A stretch of 64,000 bases of DNA from Eledone cirrhosa (lineage: Eukaryota), in NCBI GenBank assembly GCA_964016885.1, contig OZ024744.1:27404001-27468000 (forward strand). Reading direction: 5' to 3'. The notes below the pieces were generated by a model. It worked only from the letters and a program-made list of their open reading frames with translations. It was not told the origin of the DNA and did not search any database. Position numbers and translations under genes: made by a program. Below are positions 49,355-63,292 of this stretch, in pieces. Positions within the stretch are counted from its first letter, which is position 1, and each line of letters opens with the position of its first letter.

Positions 49355-52300
49355 GTAAAGTAAACATCCCCTTCGGTCACCAAGGACAAAAGTAAAGACC
49401 TCCTTCGGTCACCAATGACCAAAGTGAAACCCCCTTCGGTCACCAATAGCTAAAGTACAGACCTACTTCGGTCACCAATGGCCAAAGTTAAGACCTCCTT
49501 CGGTGAACAATGACCAAAAATAAAGTCCTCCGTCGGTCACCAATCACCAAAGTAAAGACCCCCTTCGGTCACCAATGACTAAAGTAAAGACAAGCTTCGG
49601 TGATCAATGACCAAAGTAAACACCTCATTCGGTCACCAATGACCAACGTAAAGACACCCTTCGGTCACCAATGACCAAAGTACAGACCTCCTTCGGTCAC
49701 CAACCACCAACGTAAAGACCCCCTTCGGTCACCATTGACCAAAGTAAAGACCTCCTTCGGTCAACAATCAACGAAGTAAAGGCCCGCTTCGGTCACCAAT
49801 AATCAAAATAAACACCTCATTTGGTCAACAATTACCAAGTTAAAGTCCTCCGTCGGTCACCAACGACCAAATAAAGACCTCCTTCGGTCACCAATGACCA
49901 AAGTAAAGACCCCCTTCGGTCACAAAGACCAAAGTAAAGACATCCTTCGGTCACCATTCACCAAAGTAAAGACGTCCTTCGGTCACCAATCACAAAAGTA
50001 AAGCCCTCCTTCGGTCACCAATGACCAACGTAAAGACCTCCTTCGGTGAACAATGACCAAAAATAAAGACCTCCGTCGGTCACCAATCACCAAAGTAAAG
50101 ACACCCTTCGGTCGCCAATGACCAAAGTAAAAACCTCCTTCAGTTACCAATGACCAAAATAAAGACCCACTTCGGTCATCAATGACCACAGTGAAGACAT
50201 CCTTCGGTCAGCAATCAACAAAGTAAAGATTCACATCGGTCACCAATGACGAAAGTAGAGACCACCTTCGATCCCCAATGACCAAAGTAAAGATCGCCTT
50301 CGGTCACCAATGACCAAAGTAAAGACACAATTCGGTCACCAATCACCAAATTAAAGATCCCGTTTCGGTCACCAATCAACAAATAAAGACCTCCTTCCGT
50401 CACCTATGACCAAAGTAAAGACCTCCTTCGGTCACCAATGACCAAAGTAAAGACCTCCATCGGTCACCAATGACCAAAGTAAAGACCTCCTTCGGTCACC
50501 AATGACCAAAGTAAAGACCTCCTTCGGTCCACAACCACCAAAGTAAAGACCTCCTTCGGTCACCAATAACCAAAATAAAGACACAATTCGGTCACCAATC
50601 ACCAAAGTAAAGACCTACTTCGTTCACCAATCATCAAAGTAAAGACCTCCTTCGGTCACCAAAGCCAAATTAAAAACCTCCTTCGGTCACCAATAACCAA
50701 AGTAAGGACCTCCTTCGGTCACCAATGTTGAAAGTAAAGACCTCCTTCGGTCCACAATCACCAAAGTAAAGACCTCCTTCGGTCACCAATGACCACACTA
50801 AAGACCTCCTGCGATCACCAATCACCAAAGTAAGGATCTCATTCCGTCACCAATGACGAAAGTAAAGACCCCTTTCGGTTAATAATTGTTTCTACTTTAG
50901 GCACAAGACCAGCAATTACCCAGTGCATTACTGGTACTTTATTTTATCGACCCCGTAAGGATGAAAGGCACAGTCAACCTTGGAGGGATTTGAACTCAGA
51001 TCGTAAAGCGACGTAACTATGCTGGAAAGCATGGCGTCCGACCCTCTACCGATACTACCAATCCACCGCCCCTTTAATAATGGTTAATAATGATTAAAGT
51101 AAAGACCTCCTACGGTCACCAATCACGAAAATAAAGACCTCCTTCTCGCAGCAATGACCAAATTCAAGACCTCCTTCGGTCACTAATGGCCAAAATAAGG
51201 ACCTCCTTCGGTCACTAATCACCAAAGTAAAGACGTACTTCGGTCACCAATCACCAAAGTAAGGAACCCATTCGGTCACCAATGACCAAAGTAAGGACCT
51301 CCTTCGGTCACCAATCACTAAAGTAAAGATCTCCTTCGGTCACCAATCACCAAAGTAAAGACGATGTTCGATGACCAATGACTAAAGTAAAGACCTCTTC
51401 AGTCCCCAATGACCAAAGTAAAGACCTACTTCGGTCAGCAATCACCAAAGTAAAGACATCCTTCGGTCACCAATCACCAAAGTAAAGACATCCTTCGGTC
51501 ACCAATCAACAAAGTAAAGACGTTGTTCGGTGACCAATGACTAAAGTAAGGACCTCCTTCAGTCCCCAATGACCAAAGTAAAGACCTACTTCGGTCACCA
51601 ATCACCAAAGGAAAGACCCCCTTCGGTCACCAATCACCAAGTTACAGATCCCCTTCAGTCACCAATCACCAAAGTAAAGAAGTCATTCGGTCACCAATGA
51701 CCAAAGTAGAGACCTCGATCGGTCACCGATGACCAAAATAAAGACACAATTCGGTCACCAATAACCAAACTAAAGACCTCCTTCGGTCACCAATGACCAA
51801 AGTAAAGACCTCATTCGGTGAACAATGACCAGAAATAAAGACCTCCGTCGGTCACCAATCACCAAAGTAAAGACACCCTTCGGTCGCCAATGACTAAAGT
51901 AAATACCTTATTCGGTCAACAATAAATAAAGTAAAGACCCCCTTCGGTGACCAATGACCAAAGTAAAGACCTCCTTCGGTCACCAATCACCAAATTAAAG
52001 ACCTCCTTCGGTCACCAATCACCAAATTAAAGACCTCCTTCGGTCACCAATCACCAAAGTAAAGACCTCCTTAGGTCACCAATAACCAAAGTAAAGAGCT
52101 CCTTCGGTCACCAATCACCAAAGTAAAGAGCTCCTTCGGTCATCAATCACCTAAGTAAAGACCTCCTTCGGTCACCAATGACAAAAGTAAAGACGCCTTT
52201 CGGTCATCAATGACTAAAGTAAAGACCTCTTTCAGTCCCCAATCACCAAAGTAAAGACCTCCTTCGGTCGCCAATGACGAAAGTAAAGACCTCTCTCGTT

Positions 52301-55300
52301 CACCAATCACGAGCGTAAAGACCCCATTCGGTCACCAATCACAAAAGTAAAGCCCTCCTTCGGTCACCAATGACCAAAGTAAAGACCTCCTTCGGTGAAC
52401 AATGACCAAAAATAAAGACCTCCGTCGGCCAACAATCAGCAAAATTAAAGACCCGCATCGGTCACCAATGACCAAAGTAAAGACGTTATTCGGTGACCAA
52501 TGACCAAATAAAGACACCCTTCGGTCACCTATAACCAAATTATAAACCTCCTTCGGTCACCAATCACCAAAGTAAAGACCCCCTTCGGTCACCAATCACC
52601 AAATTAAAGATCCCCCTTTGGACACCAATCAACAAAGTAAAGACCTCCTTCGGTCACCAATGACCAAAATAAAGACACAATTCGGTCACCAATAACCAAA
52701 GTAAAGACCCACTTCAGTCACCAATGACCAAAATAAAGACCCCCTTCGGTCACCAATGACCACAGTAAAGACTTCATTCGGTCACCAACCAACAAAGTAA
52801 AGACCCACTTCGGTCACCAATTACCAAAGTAAAGACATTATTCTGTCAACAATTAGCAAAGTAAAGAACCCCTTCGGTGACCAATGACCAAAGTAAAGAC
52901 ACCCTTCGGTCACCTATGACCTAATTAAAGATCTCCTTCGGTCACCAACCACCAAAGTAAAGACCTCCTTCGCTCACCCATGACCAAAGTAAAAACCGCC
53001 TTCGGTCACAGCCACCAAAGTAAAGACCCCTTTCGGTCACCAATGACCAAATTAAAGACCTCCTTTGGTCAACAATCAACAAAGTAAAGACCCGCTTCGG
53101 GCACCAATAATCAAAATAAAGACCTCATTCAGTCAACAATAACCAAAGTAAAGACCTCTTTCGGTCACCAATCACAAAAGTAAAGAGCTCCTTCGGTCAC
53201 CAATCACCAAATTAAAAACCTCCTTCGGTCCCCAATCACCAAAGTAAAGACCTCCTTCGGTCACCAATGTGAAAGTAAAGACCTCTTCGGTCACCAATCA
53301 CCAAAGTAAAGACCGCCTTCGGTCACCAGAGACCAAAGTAAAGTCCTCCATCGGTCACCAATCACCAAGGTAAAGACTTCCTTCGGTCACCAATCACCAA
53401 ATTAAAGACTTCCTTCGGTCACCAATCACCAAATTAAAGACTTCCTTCGGTCACCAATCACCAAATTAAAGACCCCTTTTGCTCACCAATGACCAAAGAA
53501 AAGAAGTCCTCCTTCGATCACAAATAACTAAGGTAAAGGCCTCCTGCGGTAACCAATGACCAAAATAAAGACCCCCTTCGGTTACCAATCACCAAAATAA
53601 AGACCTCCTTCGGTCACCAATGTTCAAAGTAAAGACCCCCTTCTGTCACCAATCATGAAATTAAAGACCCCCTTCGGTTAACAATGACCAAATTAAATAC
53701 CTCCTTCTATCACCAATCAGCAAAGTACAAGCCCCCTTCGGTCACCAATGACCAAAATAAAGACCTCCTTCGGTCACCAATCACCAAAGAAAAGACTTCC
53801 TTCGGTCACCAATCACCAAAGTAAAGACCTCCTTCGGTCACCAACCACCAAAGCAAAGACCCCCTTCGTTCACCAATCACCAAAGTAAAGACGTCCTTCG
53901 GTCACCAATGACCAAAGTAAAGACGTCCTTCGGTCACCAATGACCAAAGTAAAGACCTCCTTCGGTCCACAATCACCAAAGTAAAGACCTCCTTCGGTCA
54001 CCAATCACCAAAGTGTGGATCTCATTCCGTCACCAATGACGAAAGTAAAGACCTCCTTCGGTCAACAATGATTAAAGTAAAGACCTCCTTCGGTCACCAA
54101 TCACGAGAATAAAGACCTTCTTCGTTCACCAATGACCAAAGTAAAGACCACCTTCGGTCACCAAAAACTAAAGTGAAGACATCCTTCGGTCAACAATCAC
54201 CAAAGTAAAGACGTCGTTCGGTCACCAATGACTAAATTAAAGACCTCCTTCAGTCCCCAATGACCAAAGTAAAGACCTACTTCGGTCACCAATCACCAAC
54301 GTAAATACCCCCTTCAGTCACCAATCACCAAATTAAAGAGCCCCTTCGGTCAACAATGACCAAAGTAAAGACCTCCTTCGGTCAACAATAACCAAAGTAA
54401 AAACCCCCTTCGATCACCAATGACCAAAGTAAAGACATCCTTCGGTCACCAATCACCAAAAATAAAGACCTCCGTCGACCAACAATCACCAAAGTAAAGA
54501 CCCGCCTCGGTCACCAATGACCAAAGTAAAGACCTTATTCGGTCAACAATGAGCAAAGTAAAGACCCCATTCGGTGACCAATGACCAAAGTAAAGAGCTC
54601 CTTCAGTCTCCAATGACCAAAGTAAAGACCTCCTTCGGTCACCAATCACCAAAGTAAAGACCTTCTTCGGTCACCAATGACCAAAGTAAAGACCTCTCTC
54701 GGTCACCAATCACCAAAGTAAAGACCCCCTTCGGTCGCAATGACCAAAGTAAAGACCTCTCTCGGTCACCAATGACAAAAGTAAAGACTTCATTCGGTCA
54801 CCAACCAACAAAGTAAAGACCCACTTCAGTCACCAATTACCAAAGTAAAGACCTTATTCTGTCAACAATGAGCAGAGTAAAGACCCCCTTCGGTCACCAA
54901 TGACCAAATTAAAGACCTCCTTCGGTCAACAATCAACAAAGTAAAGACCCGCTTCGGGCATCAATAATCAAAATAAAGACCTCATTCGGTCAACAATGAC
55001 CAAGTTAAAGACCTCCTTCGGTCACAAATGATCAAACTAAAGACATCGTTCTCTCACCAATCACAAAAGTAAAGAGCTCTTTCGGTCACCAATCACCCAA
55101 TTAAAAACCTCCTTCGGTCACCAATCACCAAAGTAAAGACCTCCTTCATTCCACAATCACCAAAGTAAAGACCTCCTTCGGTCACCAATAACCAAATTAA
55201 AGACCTCCTACGGTGACCAATCACCAAAGTAAAGAGCTCCTTCGGTCACCAAAGACCAAAGTAAAGACCTCCTGCGGTAACCAATGACCAAAATAAAGAC

Positions 55301-58300
55301 CCCCTTCGGTCAACAATCACCAAAGTAAAGACGCCCTTCGGTTAACAATGACAACATTAAAGACCTCCTTCGGTCACTAATGACCAAAATAAAGACCTCC
55401 TTCGCTCACAAATGACCAAAGTAAAGACCTCCTTCGGTCATCAATCACCAATGCAAAGACGCCCTTCGGTCACCAATGACCAAAATAAATATCTCCTTCG
55501 GTCACCAATCACTAATGTAAAGACCCTATTCGGTCACCAATCATCAAAGTAAAGACGCCCTTCGGTTAACAATGACCAAATTAAAGACCTCCTTCTGTCA
55601 CCAATCACCAAAGTAAAGACCCCCTTCGGTCAGCAATCACCAAAGTAAAGACTTCCTTCGGTCACCAATGACCAAAGTAAAGACCCCTTCGGTCACTAAT
55701 GACCAAAGTAAACACCTTCGGTCACCAATCACCAAAAGTAAAGACCCCCTTCGGTCACCAACGACCAAGATAAAGCCCTCCTACGGTCACCAATAACCAA
55801 AGTAAAGACCTCTCTCGGTCACCAATCACTAAAGTAAGGATCTCCTTCCGTCAACAATGACCAAAGTAAAGACCCCCTTTGGTCATCAATAACCAAAGTA
55901 AAGACCTCCTTCGGTCACCAATCACCACAGTAAAGACATCCTTCGGTCACCAAACACCAAAGTAAAGACCCCATTCGGTCACCAATGGCCAAAATAAAGA
56001 TCTCCTTCGCTCACCAATGACCAAAATAAAGACCTCATTCTGTCAGCATTCACCAAAATAAAGACCTCCTTCGATCACCAATCACAAAATTAAAGACCTC
56101 CTTCGGTCACTAATGACCAAAATAAAGACTTCCTTCGCTCACCACTGACCAAAGTAAAGACCTCCTTCGGTCACCAATGACCAAAATAAATATCTCCTTC
56201 GGTCACCAATCACCAATGCAAAGACCCTCTTCGGTCACCAATGTTCAAAGTAAAGACCCCCTTCTGTCACCAATCACCAAAGGAAAGATCTCCTCCGGTC
56301 ACCAATCAACAAAGTAAAGACCTCTTTCGGTCACCAATCACCAAAGTAAAGACCTCGTTCGGTCACCAATGACCAAAGTAAAGACCTCCTTCTGTCACCA
56401 ATTAGCAAAATAAAGACCTCCTTCGGTCACCAATGAGCAAAGTAAAGACCTCCTTCGTTCAGCAATAACCAAAGTAAAAACCCCCTTCGATCACCAATGA
56501 CCAAAGTAAAGACCTCCTTCTGTCACCAATCAGCAAAGTATGGGCCATTACGGTCACCAATGACCCAAATAAAGACCTCCTTCGGTCACCAATCACCAAA
56601 GTAAAGACCCAACTCGGTCACTAATCACCAAATAAAGAACCCTACGGTCACCAATAACCAAAGTAAAGACCTCCTTCCGTCACCAATGACCAAAGTAAAG
56701 ACCCCCTTCGGTCATCAATAACCAAAGTAAAGACCTCCTTCGGTCGCCAATCACCAAAATAAAGACCTCCTTCAGTCACCAATAACCAAAGTAAAGGCCC
56801 CCTTCGGTCAACAATGACCAACGTAAAGGACTCACTCGGTCACCAATAACCAAAGTAAAGGCCCCCTTCAGTCAACAATGACCAACGTAAAGACCTCACT
56901 CGGTCACCAATGACCAAAATAAAGACCCACTTCTGTCACCAATGACCAGAGTAAAGACTTCGTTCGGTCACCAATCACCAAAGTAAAGACGCTCTTCGGT
57001 CACGAATGACAAATGTAAAGACCCGCTTCGTTCACCAATGACCAAAATAAAGACCTCCTTCGGTCACCAATGATAAAAATAAAGACCTCCTTCAGTCCCC
57101 AATGACCAAAGTAAAGACCTCCTTCGGTCACCAATCACCAAATTAAAGACCTTCCGTCCCCAAATACCCAAGTAAAGATCTCCTGTCACCAATGACCAAA
57201 TAAAGACCTCCTTCGGTCACAGATCACCAAATTAAAGACCTCCTGCGGTCACCAATCACCAAAGTAAAAACCTCCTTCGATCACCAATCACCAAAGTAAG
57301 GACCTCATTCGGTCACAAATGATCAAACTAAAGACATCGTTCTCTCACCAATCACAAAAGTAAAGAGCTCTTTCGGTCACCAATCACCCAATTAAAAACC
57401 TCCTTCGGTCACCAATCACCAAAGTAAAGACCTCCTTCATTCCACAATCACCAAAGTAAAGACCTCCTTCGGTCACCAATAACCAAATTAAAGACCTCCT
57501 ACGGTGACCAATCACCAAAGTAAAGAGCCCCTTCGGTCACCAATGACCAAAGTAAAGACCTCCTTCGGTCACCAATGTCCAAAGTAAAGATGTCCTTCGG
57601 TCACCAATCACCAAGGTAAAGACTTCCTTCGGTCACCAATCACCAAATTAAAGACTTCCTTCGGTCACCAATCACCAAATTAAAGACCCCTTTTGGTCAC
57701 CAATGACCAAAGTAAAGACCTCCTTCGGTCACAAATAACTAAGGTAAAGACCTCCTGCGGTAACCAATGACCAAAATAAAGACCGCCTTCGGTCAACAAT
57801 CACCAAAGTAAAGACGCCCTTCGGTTAACAATGACAAAATTAAAGACCTCCTTCGGTCACTAATGACCAAAATAAAGACCTCCTTCGCTCACCACTGACC
57901 AAAGTAAAGACCTCCTTCGGTCACCAATCACCAAAGCAAAGACGTCCTTCGGTCATCAATCACCAAAGCAAAGACGCCCTTCGGTCACCAATGACCAAAA
58001 TAAATATCTCCTTCGGTCACCAATCACCAATGTAAAGACCCTATTCGGTCACCAATCATCAAAGTAAAGACGCCCTTCGGTTAACAATGACCAAATTAAA
58101 GATCTCCTTCTGTCACCAATCACCAAAGTAAAGACCCCCTTCGGTCACTAATGACCAAAGTAAACCCCTTCGGTCACCAATCACCAAAAGTAAAGACCCC
58201 CTTCGGTCACCAACGACCAAGATAAAGCCCTCCTACGGTCACCAATCACCAAAGTAAAGACCTCTCTCGGTCACCAATCACTAAAGTAAGGATCTCCTTC

Positions 58301-61118
58301 CGTCAACAATGACCAAAGTAAAGACCCCCTTTGGTCATCAATAACCAAAGTAAAGATCTCCTTCGGTCACCAATCACCACAGTAAAGACATCCTTCGGTC
58401 ACCAAACACCAAAGTAAAGACCCCCTTCGGTCACCAATGGCCAACATAAAGATCTCCTTCGCTCACCAATGACCAAAATAAAAACCTCATTCTGTCAGCA
58501 ATCACCAAAATAAAGACCTCCTTCGATCACCAATCACAAAATTAAAGACCTCCTTCGGTCACCAATGGCCAAAATAAAGATCTCCTTCGCTCACCAATGA
58601 CCAAAATAAAAACCTCATTCTGTCAGCAATCACCAAAATAAAGACCTCCTTCGATCACCAATCACAAAATTAAAGACCCCCTTCGATCACTAATGACCAA
58701 AATAAAGACTTCCTTCGCTCACCACTGACCAAAGTAAAGACCTCCTTCGGTCACCTATCACCAAAGCAAAGACGTCCTTCGGTCATCATCACCAAAGTAA
58801 AGACGCCCTTCGGTCACCAATGACCAAAATAAATATCTCCTTCGGTCACCAATCACCAATGTAAAGACCCTCTTCGGTCACCAATGTTCAAAGTAAAGAC
58901 CCCCTTCTGTCACCAATCACCAAAGGAAAGATCTCCTCCGGTCACCAATCATCAAAGTAAAGACCTCTTTCGGTCACCAATCACCAAAGTAAAGACCTCC
59001 TTCTGTCACCAATTAGCAAAATAAAGACCTCCTTCGGTCACCAATGACCAAAGTAAAGACCTCCTTCGTTCACCAATCATCAAAGTAAAGACCTGCTTCG
59101 GTCACCAATGACCAAATTAAAGACCTCCTTCTGTCACCAATCAGCAAAGTATGGGCCATTACGGTCACCAATGACCAAAATAAAGACCTCCTTCGGTCAC
59201 CAATCACCAAAGTAAAGACCCAACTCGGTCACTAATCACCAAATAAAGAACCCTACGGTCACCAATGACCAAAGTAAACACCTTCTTCGGTCACCAATCA
59301 CCAAAGTAAAGACCCCTTCGGTCACCAACGACCAAGATAACGACCTCCTACGGTCACCAATAACCAAAGTAAAGACCTCCTTCCGTCACCAATGACCAAA
59401 GTAAAGACCCCCTTCGGTCATCAATAACCAAAGTAAAGACCTCCTTCGGTCGCCATTAACCAAAATAAAGACCTCCTTCAGTCACCAATAACCAAAGTAA
59501 AGGCCCCCTTCGGTCAACAATGAACAACGTAAAGACCTCACTCGGTCACCAATAACCAAAGTAAAGACCCCCTTCGGTCAACAATGACCAACGTAAAGAC
59601 CTCACTCGGTCACCAATGACCAAAATAAAGACCCACTTCTGTCACCAATGACCAAAGTAAAGACTTCGTTCGGTCACCAATCACCAAAGTAAAGACCCTC
59701 TTCGGTCACGAATGACAAATGTAAAGACCCGCTTCGTTCACCAATGACCAAAGTAAAGACCTCCTTCAGTCCCCAATGACCAAAGTAAAGACCTCCTTCG
59801 GTCACCAATCACCAAATTAAAGACCTTCCGTCCCCAAATACCCAAGAAAAGATCTCCTTCTGTCACCAATGACCAAATAAAGACCTCCTTCGGTCACAGA
59901 TCACCAAATTAAAGACCTCCTGCGGTCACCAATCACCAAAGTAAAAACCTCCTTCGATCACCAATCACCAAAGTAAGGACCTCATTCGGTCAACAATGAC
60001 GAAAGTAAAGACCCCTTTCGGTCACCAATGATTAAAGTAAAGACCTCCTTCGGTCAGCAATCACCAAACTATAGGGCCTCTTCGGTCACAAATCACCAAA
60101 GTAAAGACCTCCTTCGGTCACCAATCACCAAAGTAAAGACCTCCTTCGGTCACCGATAACCAAAGTAAAGACCTCCTTCGGTCACCAATCACCAAAGCAA
60201 AGACCCCCTTCGGTCACCAATCATCAAAGTAAAGACACAATTCGGTCACCAATAACCAAAGTAAAGACCTCCTTCGGTCACCAATCACCAAAGCAAAGAC
60301 CCCCTTCGGTCACCAATCACCAAATTAAAGACCTCCTTCGGTCACCAATAACCAAAGTAAAGACCCCCTTCGGTCACCAATCACCAAAGCAAAGACCCCC
60401 TTCGGTCACCAATCACCAGAGTAAAGACCTCCTTCGGTCACCAAACACCAAAGTAAAGACCCCCTTCAGTCACCAATCACCAAAGTAAAGACCCCCTTCG
60501 GTCACCAAACACCAAAGTAAAGACCTCCTTCGGTCACCAATCACCAAACAAAGACCCCCTTCGGTCACCAATCATCAAAGTAAAGACACAATTCGGTCAC
60601 AAATAACCAAAGTAAAGACCTCCTTCGGTCACCAATCACCAAAGCAAAGACCCCCTTCGGTCACCAATCACCAAAGTAAAGACCTTCGATCACCAATAAC
60701 CAAAGTACAGACCTCCTTCGGTCACCAATCACCAAAGCAAAGACCCCCTTCGGTCACCAATCACCAAAGTAAAGACCTCCTTCGGTCACCAATCACCAAA
60801 GCAAAGACCCCCTTCGGTCACCAATCATCAAAGTAAATACACAATTCGGTCACCAATAACCAAAGTAAAGACCTCCTTCGGTCACCAATCACCAAAGCAA
60901 AGACTTCCTTCGGTCACCAATCACCAAAGTAAAAACCTCCTTCGGTCACCAAACACCAAAGTAAAGACCTCCTTCGGTCACCAAACACCAAAGTAAAGAC
61001 CCCCTTCAGTCACCAATCACCAAAGTAAAGACCCCCTTCGGTCACCAAACACCAAAGTAAAGACCTCCTTCTGTCATGAATGACCAAAGTAAATACCTCC
61101 TTCGGTCATGAATGACCA
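49355..61118. repeat. 32-bp satellite (AAAGTAAAGACCTCCTTCGGTCACCAATSACC)n, ~360 units, derived from a SINE 3' end
   Basis: Period of 32 read directly (e.g. 50412 and 50444); continuous with the SINE body at 61119; homologous to the single-copy SINE terminus at about 62330-62360. Confidence 0.95.
50881..51081 (-). mobile_element. S1 SINE inserted into the 32-bp satellite
   Basis: Full S1 sequence; candidate TSD ggttaataat at 50877-50886 and 51082-51091. Confidence 0.88.
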
Positions 61119-61163
61119 TGACATTTGCACCTAGAAAGTTCCCTTCCGAAGCACAAGTCTGGG
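61087..61163 (-). mobile_element. 3' remnant of the S3 SINE that seeds the satellite
   Basis: cttcggtcatgaatgaccatg..ttgcacctagaaagttcccttccgaagcacaagtctggg aligns with about 62342-62404. Confidence 0.85.
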
Positions 61164-61293
61164 AGGACCTGACTAACCCTTGCTAGCGTGGACATGGAGT
61201 TAAACGATGATGATGTCGATGATGATGATCATGATGATGATGATCATGATGATGACGACGATGATGATGACGACAACGATGATGATGATGATG
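61164..61293 (+). mobile_element. 3' tip of another retroposon with (GAT)n tail
   Basis: aacccttgctagcgtggacatggagttaaac followed by (GAT)n; resembles LINE/SINE 3' ends (recalled, not verified). Confidence 0.55.
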
Positions 61294-62329
61294 TATAGAA
61301 ACAATTTATTTATACTAGTTATTCAAGATGGTTTCTTTTTTCTGCTTTATTAGTAAGTGGTATAAGCCACCGTCGAGGTAGTATCGATTATGTCCCCAAG
61401 AATTTAGATTAAAAATAGTTAACATTATGAATACATGAAACAATATGCGGTTGGGTAGTTGTGTCCTTGAGATCACTCCTCGAATACCAAAAGGCTTACC
61501 TTGGGGAGTTGTACCCTATTGTAGGCGTAGAAAGAATAGTAGACTCGTGGTGCTCGATAGCAGAAAGCCTAGTTAAACGTGTGGAAGTTACACAAGCAAA
61601 ATCCAACCACCATCTCTCCTTGAAAGTCATTTGATTCACAATTGTGGAAATCTCCAGTGAAGAGTTAATAGATCGTCGGAATCAATGTCCTGATTGAAGA
61701 GTGGGGTGATGGTTTTAAGAAAAGGGTGATGTATCTATGTACTGACTAAAGAAGAGGGGTGGGGTGTGAAATTGTTGAAGGATCAATGTGATGATTGAAG
61801 AGAAGTGAAGAAGGGTCAAATTTTATGAAACACTTAAATGATAGACTGGTTGTGGAAACGAAACCAACTGTCTATAGAGTAAAACATGGTAACTACCAAG
61901 AATCTGGTGGATCTCCAACGGTTTCCGCGAGGAATGTTTCAGTTACTACAACGGTAAAAACAAACAGTTTGTAAAATTGAAGTGCAAGTGACAGAGTATC
62001 GCAGTTCTCAGGGAAACACCGTGAAGCAATGTGTGGCATGGATGGCCCTTTTAAATACAAGTACACTATCATTTCTTTTCCAGGTGAGCAGACTAAAATA
62101 ATATGAAATAGAAATAAATTGAACACTCAACCTTACAATCCTGATTCGAACACTCTAACCCTGTAGTCCCACATTTCTTCACACTACCCAGAATATGTAA
62201 CAACATTGTAACATACCCAGCTGAAGATCAAGTGAGTTCAGGACTGCATTTGGGAGTCTTACGGTTAAGAAACAAAACGAAAAAGCAACAAAAATCAAAA
62301 ATAAAAGATAGTTGGGTTGAGGAATGGAG

Positions 62330-62920
62330 AGTAAAGACCCCCTTCGATCAGGAATGCCCATGGGGTATAGACTCGAGAGTTCCCCTCCGATGCACAAGTC
62401 CGGGCACGGTTGTTTGAGAAAGACCAGCAGTCGCCCATGTATACCAGTCTCTCCCCTCTACACCACAGATGTTGTCCAAGGGAAAGGTAATGACTGATAC
62501 AGCTTGACACTTGTGACGCCACAACGTTAATACACACTATATACACCATATATACACTATATATATACACTATATATATACACCATATATACACTATATA
62601 TATGATGTTGCCCAAGGGAAAGGTAATGACTGATACAGCTTGACACTTGTGACGCCACAACGTTAATACACACTATATACACCATATATACACTATATAT
62701 ATACACCATATATACACTATATACTATGTTGTCCAGGGAAAGGTAATGGCTGATACAGCTTGACACCAGTGACGTCACTACTCATTTCTACAGCTGAGTA
62801 AACTGGAGCAACGTGAAATAAAGTGTCTAAAGAACATAATGCAGAGCCCGGTCAAAGATTCGAACTTACAACCTCACGATTATAAGCCCGAAGCTCTAAT
62901 AACTGAGACATGGGCCTTCA
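62330..62920 (-). mobile_element. tRNA-derived SINE (family S3) with internal triplication
   Basis: Head on - strand with tgtctcagtta (A-box-like) and aagttcgaatc (B-box). Segment atgttgtccaagggaaaggtaatgactgatacagcttgacac occurs three times (about 62469, 62605, 62727), separated by TATAC-rich spacers. Confidence 0.85.
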
Positions 62921-63119
62921 CTGGATAGAGGAATGCCCTAATAAAACCCAAGTGGCCGTTACCAGCTATGTACGGGTGGGTGGGGTAGTGTTAGCCTTTG
63001 TTTATATTTATTTATAGATATATATATTCGTTCTCTGTAATATATATCTCTTTCTATTCCCGAGTTTTAATTTGTTTCAAAATACTTTGTAGCTTTTCTT
63101 GCCCCACCCTATCTTTTTA

Positions 63120-63292
<173 letters not shown>

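Noticed and set aside
49355-61118. CRISPR-like appearance (32-bp partly palindromic repeat)
   Set aside because: Units are head-to-tail with no unique spacers, no cas genes, eukaryotic context, and the unit derives from a SINE.
61440-61830. Possible degraded APE fragment on - strand (FTGDFH..., FWYSRSD)
   Set aside because: Too short and interrupted to assign by eye.
62850-62920. tRNA-like sequences (also near 40833 and S1/S2 heads)
   Set aside because: SINE heads with degenerate A/B boxes; no cloverleaf that I can build.
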